This document shows, piece after piece, positions 1 to 9,700 of a stretch of 64,000 nt of DNA (position 1 is the first letter of the stretch; each line of letters begins with the position of its first letter). This DNA comes from Flavobacterium sp. (GTDB lineage: Bacteria > Bacteroidota > Bacteroidia > Flavobacteriales > Flavobacteriaceae): assembly GCF_031422135.1 (NCBI RefSeq), contig NZ_JANOQD010000014.1:12969-76968 (forward strand). The letters run 5' to 3'. The notes beneath the pieces are model-generated. The model saw nothing but the letters and a program-made list of their open reading frames with translations. It had not been told where the DNA came from and ran no database searches. A program made the translations under genes and the position numbers.

Positions 1-2
1 TT

Positions 3-440
3 GATGTGTTGTATAGATTACTTAAAAACTACAACCAAAAACAAAGTAGGAATTTCTTAAAATATAAGACCAATTTACCACCACTTAAAGAACAAATTAT
101 CAGTTGGATTGAAGAAGAAATAGAATATTTAACCAAGAAAATCAAACTTGAAGCCAATCAATTAACAAATATTTCTAACAACGAAGAAAAGATAAAATTC
201 TTGACTAGTTTGTCTGTCGCACAGTTGAGTTATTTCTTTGGATTGTTGATGGAAGTCGGAATTATAAAGCATAAAAATCAAACCGATGTATTTCGATTTA
301 TTTCCGAAAATTTTAAAACTGGTAATGCTGAAAAAATTTCAGTAGATAGTATAAAAGTCAAATACTACAATGTGGAAAACAATACTAAAAATGCAGTTCG
401 GGAGAAAATTTTAGAATTAATCGAGCTCACGAAGTTCTAA
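3..440 (+). CDS. Hypothetical element protein, 5'-truncated by the window edge (RteC-like C-terminal region possible)
   Basis: Frame is open to the window edge; helical Lys/Glu-rich sequence; sits upstream of the HTH/rep module. Confidence 0.55.
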   Translation, partial: DVLYRLLKNYNQKQSRNFLKYKTNLPPLKEQIISWIEEEIEYLTKKIKLEANQLTNISNNEEKIKFLTSLSVAQLSYFFGLLMEVGIIKHKNQTDVFRFISENFKTGNAEKISVDSIKVKYYNVENNTKNAVREKILELIELTKF

Positions 441-584
441 AACTTCTCGCATCATTCTCCAACCAAAGCCAGCCATTCCGAGCAGTATTTCATCTTCAAT
501 TTGGCGTAATGACGTAAGGTTTGGAATTTTATGCAATTCCATAAAACGTCTTAGTTCGGGACTAATTACAATTTCATTTTTCAT
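417..584 (-). CDS. 55-aa RNA polymerase alpha-CTD-like (helix-hairpin-helix) mini-protein, not in the ORF track
   Basis: Manual translation MKNEIVISPELRRFMELHKIPNLTSLRQIEDEILLGMAGFGWRMMREVLELRELD; aligns without gaps to the alpha-CTD pattern LS.R..N.L....I....DL.....E.LL.I..LG.KS..EI. Confidence 0.5.
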   Translation of the reverse strand: MKNEIVISPELRRFMELHKIPNLTSLRQIEDEILLGMAGFGWRMMREVLELRELD

Positions 585-663
585 ATCAATATTTTTTTAA
601 TGATATACGAAAAAATCCCATTTTGGTTTTGGTACAAACTACAGCGTGGGACATCGATCACCA

Positions 664-775
664 GCATCAGAGGTACGACCAAGCACCTACAGCCACGATA
701 AACCGAGCCCACGCATAGCGAAGGCGAACAGTTTATTCGTAGGCTGATATAAGAAGTTTGGTCGTTTTCTGATGC
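664..775. other. Long multi-bulged stem-loop, candidate structured leader RNA
   Basis: GCATCAGA(664-671)/TCTGATGC(768-775); ACGACCAA(675-682)/TTGGTCGT(758-765); CAGCCACGATAAAC pairs with GTTTATTCGTAGGCTG with two bulges. Confidence 0.5.
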
Positions 776-1007
776 CCTAAATAACTTTCGCAATATATTC
801 TATAGAGTTTAAGCTCTATTTTGTATTCTTAATGCAAATTTAGACATAATCGCATCAAAATTGCAATCAAAAACACATAAATAAAAAAACTTTTAAAAAA
901 GATTGCTTGATTTTATTGGGTTTTGTTGGGGGTTACGGAACCCCTGTAACTGTTTTGGTATTACTTTATTATTTCTCTTTGTCCAAAATATTTAAAACCA
1001 AATTATT

Positions 1008-1301
1008 ATGGCAATTGAAGTTATCACTCGCGAAGACTTAAACGAATTCAGAAGTCTTCTTCTTAATGATTTATTAGATATCATTAAATCTAAACCTCAA
1101 CAGCAAATGCAGTGGCTTAAATCCAATGAAGTCCGAAAGCTGTTAAACATTTCTCCTGGAACTTTACAAAACCTACGAGTAAACGGAACAATCACTTACA
1201 CCAAAATTGGCGGAATTCTATATTATTCCAATAGTGATTTAGAAAAAGTTCTTGAAACTAACAAAGTCGAAGCAACACCCAATTTATTTAATCGTAAATA
1301 A
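1008..1301 (+). CDS. Excisionase-like helix-turn-helix DNA-binding protein (HTH_17/MerR-like)
   Basis: WLKSNEVRKLLNISPGTLQNLRVNGTITYTKIGGILYY motif typical of Bacteroidota element excisionases. Confidence 0.85.
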   Translation: MAIEVITREDLNEFRSLLLNDLLDIIKSKPQQQMQWLKSNEVRKLLNISPGTLQNLRVNGTITYTKIGGILYYSNSDLEKVLETNKVEATPNLFNRK

Positions 1302-1309
1302 CCTCAAAG

Positions 1310-2152
1310 ATGAATTATATAAAACATCTAACAGGATTTTTTGAGAAGGTTGCAATCGACAGAACACTCAATCCAACACACGTCAGTTTGTATATGTCAT
1401 TGTTTCAATTCTGGAATTGCAATCGGTTCAAAAACCCAATAAGCATAAACCGTGATGAGGTAATGCGTATAAGTAAAATCAGCTCCAAAGCAACCTACCA
1501 CAAATGCCTTAAAAACTTACATTCATTAGGATACATCAACTATGAGCCATCTTACAATCCATTCAAAGGAAGCCACGTTTACTTATTCAATTTTTCAGAT
1601 GATTTAAAGCCAGTTCCCAAAAGCGAAAAAACAACAATACCAAAAAATGAACCTCTTTTTGAACTAGTTAATGAACAAGTAGTGAACAAGTCTTATACTA
1701 GTACTGGGACAAGTAGTGGGACTGGTAGTGAACAAGCTCTAGTATCTTATATAAACAATACAAACATAGCAAACATTTCAAACGATTTAAAGATTGTAAA
1801 CTTGGACGAGCAAGCAAAAAATTTTGAAATTGATGATGGTTTTTTTAAAAGCGAGGCTGCTGAAAAAGAAAAAAAGTTGCGCGAAAAAAAGAAAGATGAA
1901 ACACCAACAATCGAAAATGTCAAAGCTTATTTTCTCGAACAGAAATTTCCGGAACTCGAAGCTATTAAGTTTTTCAATTACTTCTCCAGCAACGGTTGGT
2001 TAGTTGGTGGCAAAACCCCAATGGTCGATTGGCAAGCAGCAGCACAAAATTGGATATTAAACGCACCAAAATTCATTTCAAACGAACAACAACCCAACAG
2101 AGCAAAACACCTCAACACCGGAACAGATAAAGATTATTCAGAACCACTTTAA
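1310..2152 (+). CDS. Putative replication initiator (N-terminal winged-helix, phage replisome-organiser-like C-terminus)
   Basis: wHTH-like LYMSLFQFWN...KATYHKCLKNLHSLGYINYEP; C-terminal FFNYFSSNGWLVGG...DWQAAAQNW; followed by a DnaC-like ATPase. Confidence 0.65.
   Translation: MNYIKHLTGFFEKVAIDRTLNPTHVSLYMSLFQFWNCNRFKNPISINRDEVMRISKISSKATYHKCLKNLHSLGYINYEPSYNPFKGSHVYLFNFSDDLKPVPKSEKTTIPKNEPLFELVNEQVVNKSYTSTGTSSGTGSEQALVSYINNTNIANISNDLKIVNLDEQAKNFEIDDGFFKSEAAEKEKKLREKKKDETPTIENVKAYFLEQKFPELEAIKFFNYFSSNGWLVGGKTPMVDWQAAAQNWILNAPKFISNEQQPNRAKHLNTGTDKDYSEPL
1672..1787. repeat. Iteron-like direct repeats plus tandem A-rich 9-mers inside the initiator gene (candidate origin)
   Basis: TGAACAAG at 1672, 1683, 1729; GTAGTGAACAAG at 1679 and 1725; ACAAGTAGTG at 1675 and 1709; four tandem 9-mers TAAACAATA/CAAACATAG/CAAACATTT/CAAACGATT at 1752-1787. 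Confidence 0.5.
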
Positions 2153-2212
2153 CCTGAACTTGTTTCAGGTTCTTTGCGAACCTTGCGTTGTCATCCTGAG
2201 CTTGTCGAAGGA
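2151..2212. repeat. REP-like palindromic repeats
   Basis: AACCTGAA-cttgt-TTCAGGTT palindrome (2151-2171) and GTCATCCTGAGCTTGTCGAAGGA (2190-2212), resembling dispersed intergenic palindromes of Flavobacteriales. Confidence 0.5.
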
Positions 2213-2244
2213 CTTTACGCTCTTTACGGTTAAATCCTAAAATT

Positions 2245-2868
2245 ATGGAAACAGAAATAAAAACCCACTACAACTACCAGGAAGTAATCCTTTGGCTAGA
2301 AAAAAAAGGTGTCGAATTATATGGAAATCATTTCAAAATCCTTGAAACTGATCATCCCATAATTTACAAACTCATCGCCTATTTCCTAAAAGACGAAGCA
2401 ACTTGTTTTCAATATGGCATCAACCTCAATAAAGGAATTTTACTTTCTGGCCCAGTCGGTTGCGGTAAAACCTCATTATTGAATTTAATGAAATACCTAA
2501 CGCCAACCGAACATAAATTTTTCGTAAAACCGTGCCGAGACATAAGTTTTGAATTCATACAAGATGGCTACGAAATAATCCACAAATATAGCAAAGGCAA
2601 ACTCTATGAATCACAACCCAAAATAATTTGCTTCGATGATTTGGGAACAGAAAACAACCTAAAATACTTCGGAAACGAATGCAACGTAATGGCAGAAATT
2701 ATATTAAGTCGGTATGATATTTTCACTACTAAAAAAATCCTAACGCATATAACAACTAACCTTTCGGCAAGTGAAATTGAAACTCATTACGGAAACCGTG
2801 TACGCAGCAGAATGAGAGAAATGTTGAATTTAATATCATTCGATAGAACTATACTTGACAAACGATGA
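2245..2868 (+). CDS. DnaC/IstB-like P-loop ATPase (putative helicase loader)
   Basis: Walker A GPVGCGKT, Walker B ICFDDLGTE, THITTNLS...YGNRVRSRMREM. Confidence 0.8.
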   Translation: METEIKTHYNYQEVILWLEKKGVELYGNHFKILETDHPIIYKLIAYFLKDEATCFQYGINLNKGILLSGPVGCGKTSLLNLMKYLTPTEHKFFVKPCRDISFEFIQDGYEIIHKYSKGKLYESQPKIICFDDLGTENNLKYFGNECNVMAEIILSRYDIFTTKKILTHITTNLSASEIETHYGNRVRSRMREMLNLISFDRTILDKR

Positions 2869-3488
2869 ACCAAATAACTAACTTCTGGAATTACTTCAAA
2901 CAAAACAACTTTGTTTTTCTATTACTAAACGAAATCCCAAACGACGAACTAAAAATTCATTTTGATAAATTAATTGCATTATTACACAAGTATAACAAAG
3001 ATTTAGATTTAATCATAAAAAACAAAAGCAATGGAGCTGAACTAATCATTACTGCAAGTGGAAATCCCTATCTTTTCAAAGAAGTTGAATTAATATTACA
3101 TTATGCTCCAGTTGTAGAACGTTGGAAAATAATACCTTTTTTACAACCCGAAACAAATCTTTCTAAATACCAACAGGGTATAGATAAACCAATAGAAAAC
3201 TATGGAATTTCTTTAAAAATAAGCGAAATGTATTTCGAACCAATCAAAATTAAAAACAAACCTTTAGAAATAGGAATTAGAGTGTATATCAAAAACCATA
3301 TAGTTTACAAAGAGAACCCAAGATTAAGAGAAACTGTTTACATTCACCTGGAACACTTGCTAGGAGAAAAATGTTTTGCAAATGATATTAGCTTGATTGA
3401 TATTACTCAAATTCCAAGCAATTATAAAGAATTGAGATTTATTGAACTTTACAAATTAGGAGCTTATATTGAAAAAATTATAAATTAG
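2865..3488 (+). CDS. Conserved hypothetical protein
   Basis: 207-aa ORF overlapping the ATPase stop (ATGA); ELIITASGN...AP...W pattern. Confidence 0.7.
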   Translation: MNQITNFWNYFKQNNFVFLLLNEIPNDELKIHFDKLIALLHKYNKDLDLIIKNKSNGAELIITASGNPYLFKEVELILHYAPVVERWKIIPFLQPETNLSKYQQGIDKPIENYGISLKISEMYFEPIKIKNKPLEIGIRVYIKNHIVYKENPRLRETVYIHLEHLLGEKCFANDISLIDITQIPSNYKELRFIELYKLGAYIEKIIN

Positions 3489-3734
3489 CTTTCGTTAAAA
3501 AATATATTTTTTAGCCAAAAATTTATTGTGGTAAACGAGAGTAAATTTTGCTTATATCAATGAAATTAAAGTGATATTTTGATAAATTCACCGTCGTTTG
3601 CAATATATCCTGTTTGCGTTTTACTGTACATTGTGTAGTAAAACGCAAACAGGATATTCTTAATTTGATGAGTTTTGAAAAACGAATAATTACCAAGAGT
3701 AAATTACTTACTTTTATAAAAAATAAATTTATAA

Positions 3735-6602
3735 ATGTTAAAACAAATCCTAAATACATTCGATGTCAATACAGATGCCGTTGCTACCAATAGAGGGTTT
3801 TATTATCAATATTTATCTGTTTTAAAAAAATGGATTCAGAATTTTATTGAAGATAAAAACATTGTAACATATACCGAAGTTGACAATGACATTAAGGAAG
3901 TTGGGCAAGAATTAATTTTCACACAAGTAAAATGTTATTCTTCAAATTTCAGCTTTAATTCGGAAGAAATCAAAAACTCAATATTTAATTTTTGGCTACT
4001 TTATTTGAAATATAATACTTCAAATGAAAATATTAGATTCTGTTTTTCAACAAATACAACAATTGCTCCGAGAGAAAGACTATTAACTAAATGGTCTGCA
4101 AATCCAGAATTAAACAACAATGAACTTTATACATTATGCTACGAAAAAATTAAAGAGATTTTAATTAAAGAAATCAATATTCGAAAAAATAAAAAACTTC
4201 AAAATAAAATTACTGAAATTCAGAAAACTGAAATCAAATCTGCTTGCGAATCTTTTAAAAATTACATTCAAAATGCTGATATAGAAGAATTTGTTAGGAA
4301 TATAATTTGGGAATTTAATCACATTTCTCCCGAAGAGTCAATAATGTCAATAAGAAAAGATATTGATTCATTATTGGCAAATTCAAAATTCAACAACAAA
4401 CCACCAAATTTACTTTTTAGTGTATTATTAAGTGAAATTTATAAAAAATCTCAAAATACGAATAGAGATGATCGGTGTGTAACTAATGAAACAATATCAA
4501 TAATTTTAAAACAGACAGATGATGATTTGAAAAAAATAATCAATAGCAAGTTGACAAAATTATTACGAATTGAAATAGAGTTAATACAAAATGATATTCA
4601 ACAAATCCAAATTAAACAAGGTTTACATAGTGAAGAAATAAAAATATTAAAAACCAGTTTTACTAATTTTAATAATAAAACAATTCCAAAAGAATTAACT
4701 TTTATTCCTGATATAAATTCTACTGAAATACTTGGTTGGGATGATTTTATAGTGAACATCAATAACAGTCTTAAAGCAAAAAAAATAGTTTCAATATTTG
4801 CTGAAGGGGGAATGGGGAAAACTTCATTTGCAAAAAAGTATTTAAAAACATATACTAATTATGACCATATTATTTGGATTAATGTTGAGAATTCTATTAG
4901 TTACGCTTTTTCTTTTGATGAAGTTTTAGAAATAAATTTGGGGGTTGAATTTATTAAAAGTGATGCTGTTCATAAATTTAAATTAATCCTAAATGAAATA
5001 AATAAAATTGAGGGTAATAATTTACTAATTGTTGACATACAAGAGTATGAAATTGATAATACTGAATTAAGATTAATCGCAACTTTAACAAATTGGGAGA
5101 AATTAATAATTACTAGAAGTCATATTAAAAACATCACTTCTTTTAAGTTACCCAGAATAAGTTTTGAATGTGCTAAAGAAATATTTACGTCAAACTGTAG
5201 TAAAGAAGAAATAGAAAATAGTTTACTTAATGTATACTTCGAGTACATCGATTACAATGTATTAGTAATTGAATTGACTGCAAAAACAATTGAAAATAGT
5301 ATTGATTTAACATTAAATGTTTTTTTTAATTTACTCAAAGAGCAAAAATTAGACGATAACGATTTTAATATTGATATTGAAGTTAATGAAGAAAATGAAG
5401 TTATAAGAATATTCAATTTTTTACTTAAAAAGTTTAGTCTTAATAATCTTAATTCAGAAGAAAGAAATTATATTGAATATTTAGCATTACTACCATCAAG
5501 TAATATCTACATTGAAGATATTATTCTAATAAATGGTATTGATTTTTTCGATGAAAACAAAATAACTATTGGAAACATAATAAATTCTCTAGAGAAAAAA
5601 GGTTTAGTTGAATACTCATCTGATCGCAAAAGAATAAATATTCACAGAATCATTAGAGAAATTATTATTTATAATTCAAGAAAAGAATTTAACCCATTCA
5701 TTAATAGTCTTTTTTATATTGTTTGGCTTACAGCTAGAATAAAAGAAGGGCAAAACCAACCTTCAAACTCTATTAGATTTTTAAAATACGCCGAATCAAT
5801 ATTAAATTCTGTAAAAGAAGAATATCGTAAGAGTGTCTATCAACCACTTTTGATGTTAGAAAATGAGCTTTTATATTCATACCGGTTTTTTATTGATATT
5901 GGCATAGGAAATGAACACAATCTTCGATGGAATAATTTAGCATTAAGAGCTCAAAAGTATCTTGATTCAAATAATCCCAATTTAGCGGTAATATATAACA
6001 ATTTGGCATTGTCATTTGCTTACAATGAAGATTTTAAAAATGCAATTATTTATTTCAAAAAAGCTTTAATTATTTTCAAAAAGCAGGAATCAAAGTATAT
6101 TGATTTAGTAATAACAATTTCAAACAACATTTCAAATATTTATTTAAAAAGCAAAGATTTAGTTAATGCGATAAACGTATTCAAAAAGGTTCAAGAAATA
6201 AGAACAAAATACAATTATTTTGACGGACAACAATTAGGGATTGAATATCGAATTCTTGCAGATTCTTATAAAATTGCTGGAGATTATGACAAAGCTATAG
6301 AGTTGCTGTGTGAGGGAATTAAACTGCATAAATCACTTAATATTCTCGAACGAAATGATTTTTATTTAGCTGCATACTACAACCAACTGGCACAACTTTT
6401 TCTATGCAAAAATGATATTATACAAGCTATAACCAACCAAGAAATGGCAATAAAAACATTAGAAGACATTAATCTTAATAACAGTGATTATCTATTGCAA
6501 ATGTATTTGATTGTTTTAAGTCTATATCAGCACGAAGGAATTAAAAATAAAGAGCAAGAAGTAATTATCAAGATTAATTCTTTTAAAAATATTCAATCTT
6601 AA
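3735..6602 (+). CDS. Cap4-like PD-(D/E)xK nuclease + NB-ARC/STAND NTPase + TPR protein (Avs/NLR-like antiphage candidate)
   Basis: N-terminal DAVATNRGFYYQ...EVDNDI...TQVK; P-loop AEGGMGKT; Walker B LLIVD; sensor LIITRS; C-terminal TPRs (LAVIYNNLALSF...AIIYFKKAL). Confidence 0.75.
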   Translation: MLKQILNTFDVNTDAVATNRGFYYQYLSVLKKWIQNFIEDKNIVTYTEVDNDIKEVGQELIFTQVKCYSSNFSFNSEEIKNSIFNFWLLYLKYNTSNENIRFCFSTNTTIAPRERLLTKWSANPELNNNELYTLCYEKIKEILIKEINIRKNKKLQNKITEIQKTEIKSACESFKNYIQNADIEEFVRNIIWEFNHISPEESIMSIRKDIDSLLANSKFNNKPPNLLFSVLLSEIYKKSQNTNRDDRCVTNETISIILKQTDDDLKKIINSKLTKLLRIEIELIQNDIQQIQIKQGLHSEEIKILKTSFTNFNNKTIPKELTFIPDINSTEILGWDDFIVNINNSLKAKKIVSIFAEGGMGKTSFAKKYLKTYTNYDHIIWINVENSISYAFSFDEVLEINLGVEFIKSDAVHKFKLILNEINKIEGNNLLIVDIQEYEIDNTELRLIATLTNWEKLIITRSHIKNITSFKLPRISFECAKEIFTSNCSKEEIENSLLNVYFEYIDYNVLVIELTAKTIENSIDLTLNVFFNLLKEQKLDDNDFNIDIEVNEENEVIRIFNFLLKKFSLNNLNSEERNYIEYLALLPSSNIYIEDIILINGIDFFDENKITIGNIINSLEKKGLVEYSSDRKRINIHRIIREIIIYNSRKEFNPFINSLFYIVWLTARIKEGQNQPSNSIRFLKYAESILNSVKEEYRKSVYQPLLMLENELLYSYRFFIDIGIGNEHNLRWNNLALRAQKYLDSNNPNLAVIYNNLALSFAYNEDFKNAIIYFKKALIIFKKQESKYIDLVITISNNISNIYLKSKDLVNAINVFKKVQEIRTKYNYFDGQQLGIEYRILADSYKIAGDYDKAIELLCEGIKLHKSLNILERNDFYLAAYYNQLAQLFLCKNDIIQAITNQEMAIKTLEDINLNNSDYLLQMYLIVLSLYQHEGIKNKEQEVIIKINSFKNIQS

Positions 6603-6726
6603 AAATTTAAATTAATCAAAAATAGATTCAATAAAATTAGTTACAGTTTAAGTTGAAAATCAATCAGAAAAATAAAAATAATCCAAAGGCATAGCTGTCT
6701 TGGCTAAAGCATAATAATTTACATTA

Positions 6727-9700
6727 ATGAAAAATGCGTTTATAGGTTATTCATATCAAGAACAAGTCACATCATTGATGTTGACAAAAATGGATGTTGA
6801 AAGAAGTATTATACAAATAGAAATTGAAGCCACGGTTGAACATAAATTTGATGATATAAAGTTAAATACCGAAGAAGCAGAATATTATTTTCAAATAAAG
6901 GATTTTGATAATATCTCACTTAATGATTTAATAGTTTCAGAAAATGAAATTTCAATCGCACGTAAAGTACATAAACTTTCTTCTTCGGGAACGAATGTTA
7001 TTTTTTTCAAAAATATCGAAATTACTCCAAATTGTATGGTCTTGGATATTGATGCTTACAAATTGAAAAACATCTATATTGTTTCTTTAAATCGTTTAGC
7101 AATAGACCAGAAAATTGAAGAATTATATAAAACAGACCATTTACGCAAATATATTATCGACCAATTTTTTAGTGAATGTCTTGATATCAGAAAGTTATTA
7201 ATTAAAAAAAGTGAATTACCTGTACTCAATGTTTTTAAAACTTATTTAATTGAGCCTACTGTTAATCTTACTATAGAAACATTAGAAATTGAAAACATTT
7301 TGCATATTGAAGGTAAACCAGGTGTTGGTAAAAGTCATCTAGTAGTAAATTTAGAAAACCAATATTCAAATAATATAGTTTATCGTTTTTGGGTTTCTAA
7401 CCAAGACAACGAACGTAACGAGCGATTACAGTATAATAATTTTGTGTTAGATTTCTCAAAGAAATTATTTAACAATTTAAAACCATATACTGAAATAGAA
7501 ATTATATCTAAAATTAAGGAACTGGAAAAAACAGTAATAATTGATGGATTAGATCACGTTGAAAATTATAATTCCAAAGATCTTGAAGCTTATATAGAAT
7601 TTATTGATAAGTTAAAAGAATCTTGTAAAGTAATTATTTTGAGTCGTCCTTTACAACGTGAGCTAAATTGGAAAAAACAATTGCTTGGTAATTGGAATCA
7701 GGAACAGACAAAAAAAGTATTAAATGAACTATATCACATTGAGGAATATACCAACATTGAAAAAATATACAAAATCAGTGATGGTTATCCTATTTTGGTA
7801 AGATACATTTCTGAGCAATATAAATTAAAAGGAAGTGTACCAGATTTTCAAACCTTTGATACAATTGATAAATATTATGAAAAGCTTATTGACGGACAAA
7901 AAGGGAAACTAGCACTTTCACTTTTTCTTTGCGTTCGCTCATACATAATGCAATCTGAAATAGAATTATTTTTAGAATCGATAAATTCATCTTTCGTAAT
8001 CGAATTTATAAAAGAACACCCATATCTTTTTGAACTACGACTGAACAGAATTTCACTTTTTCACGATAGTTTCATAACCTATCTACGTAAAATAAATACA
8101 AATTACAAAGCTATTGCATCAAATGTCAATTCAATAGTTTATTCTTCAATACTAATAGGAAATAAAAGATTTTTATCAAGGTTTAGGTATTTTGACTTTT
8201 CAATTGTAGACAAGAAAAATGTTGTTAAAAAATACTCTTCAATAACAGAATTTAGAATATTGATGAATGGTGTGATTGATTTTGAAGCCATACAGGACTT
8301 CTATAGTCAAATTCGCGAAACAATGCCTGAATTGTCTGCTAATGATTTAGAAATTAATGATTATTATGAATTATCGCTTATATTAAATATGGTATATCGT
8401 GATCATTTATCAACATTAAATGATTTTTATTTTACGTATTGTAAAGCGCTTTTATTTAATGGTTTTACTATTGAAGATATTACTAGTAATCGATATTTAT
8501 TTGGAATGATGTACTATATCGAAACAAATGATGGTTCCTTAATTTTAAATTTGAATAGCGACAGTCATTACGATACAAGTAGCTTTTATTATGACTTACA
8601 AAATGATGCTAATGAAGAAATATCATTTTTTGAAAAACATCGAAAGCCACTTTTAACATCAAAAATTAAAGATTTATTAAAAGATAAATCTAACTGGGAA
8701 TATAGAAAAATAATAACCTACATAATTGAAGATTTATTCATTCACGATTTAAGTAGAAAGAATTTTGAAGATTTGTATAACTCAATCAATCATTATGTAA
8801 ATGGGGATGAATACAAAGCAAATTCAATTTTAGAGAATTTTATTGTGGATTTTGGTATTGAAGACTATCAGGCAAGATGGATATTAAAAGAAGCCTATGA
8901 AAATTTATTAGCATTGGGTTATATCTCTGATAAAAATGACTATTTGAATCTTACACTCAAGGAGTATATTTTAAATAATAAAGATGTAGGAAGTTTTAAT
9001 ATGCGAGTTGAAATTTTAAATTACATACGTTTATCATTACATCACAATAAAAAAATTGACCTAGCTTCAATTTCACTTTTCTGGACAAAATATTATCAAC
9101 GGAAAGACCATACTTTGTACAGTTTATATGCTGCTTTACCTATTTTCGAAAAAAAGGGGTGTATAGAAATGTATGATTCACTTAGTTTAATTTATAAGAT
9201 TCAAGATGTTTCAGAAAAAGGGTATAGAGGACTTTTAGCAGATTATATTTTAGAAAAGACTCCTGAAGTTATCGAAAAGATTCTTGAATATTTCCATCCG
9301 TCAAACTTATCAATTTCGTGGTTTCTTTTGCCATCAGAATATATAAACGTATTACCTGACCTAGTTTATAATCTTGAAAAAGGAACTAAAATAAAATATC
9401 ACCGAACTAGTAGAAAAATTCCTTACGATGAAATCGAAAACCTACTCGACTCGAACAGACTTGAACAGTTTAGAAATGATTTAACTTTTTACAGATACAG
9501 TATTGATATTGAAGAAAAAAATCCTGCAATTAAAAAATTAAAAAGTTTAAAAATTCCATACCAAACATACAAAGACCAAAATTATAGTAGCAAGGAATCT
9601 TCAGCACTTTCGAGATTAGATCAAGGAATATTAGATGATAAAAATAAAGAAATGATTTTAGTAAAGAAATTAAAATCTTATGAAGTAGCTGCATTTAGCG

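Noticed and set aside
581-793. 70-aa minus-strand ORF from the track
   Set aside because: It runs through the GC-rich hairpin, has atypical composition and no motif; better explained as structured non-coding sequence.
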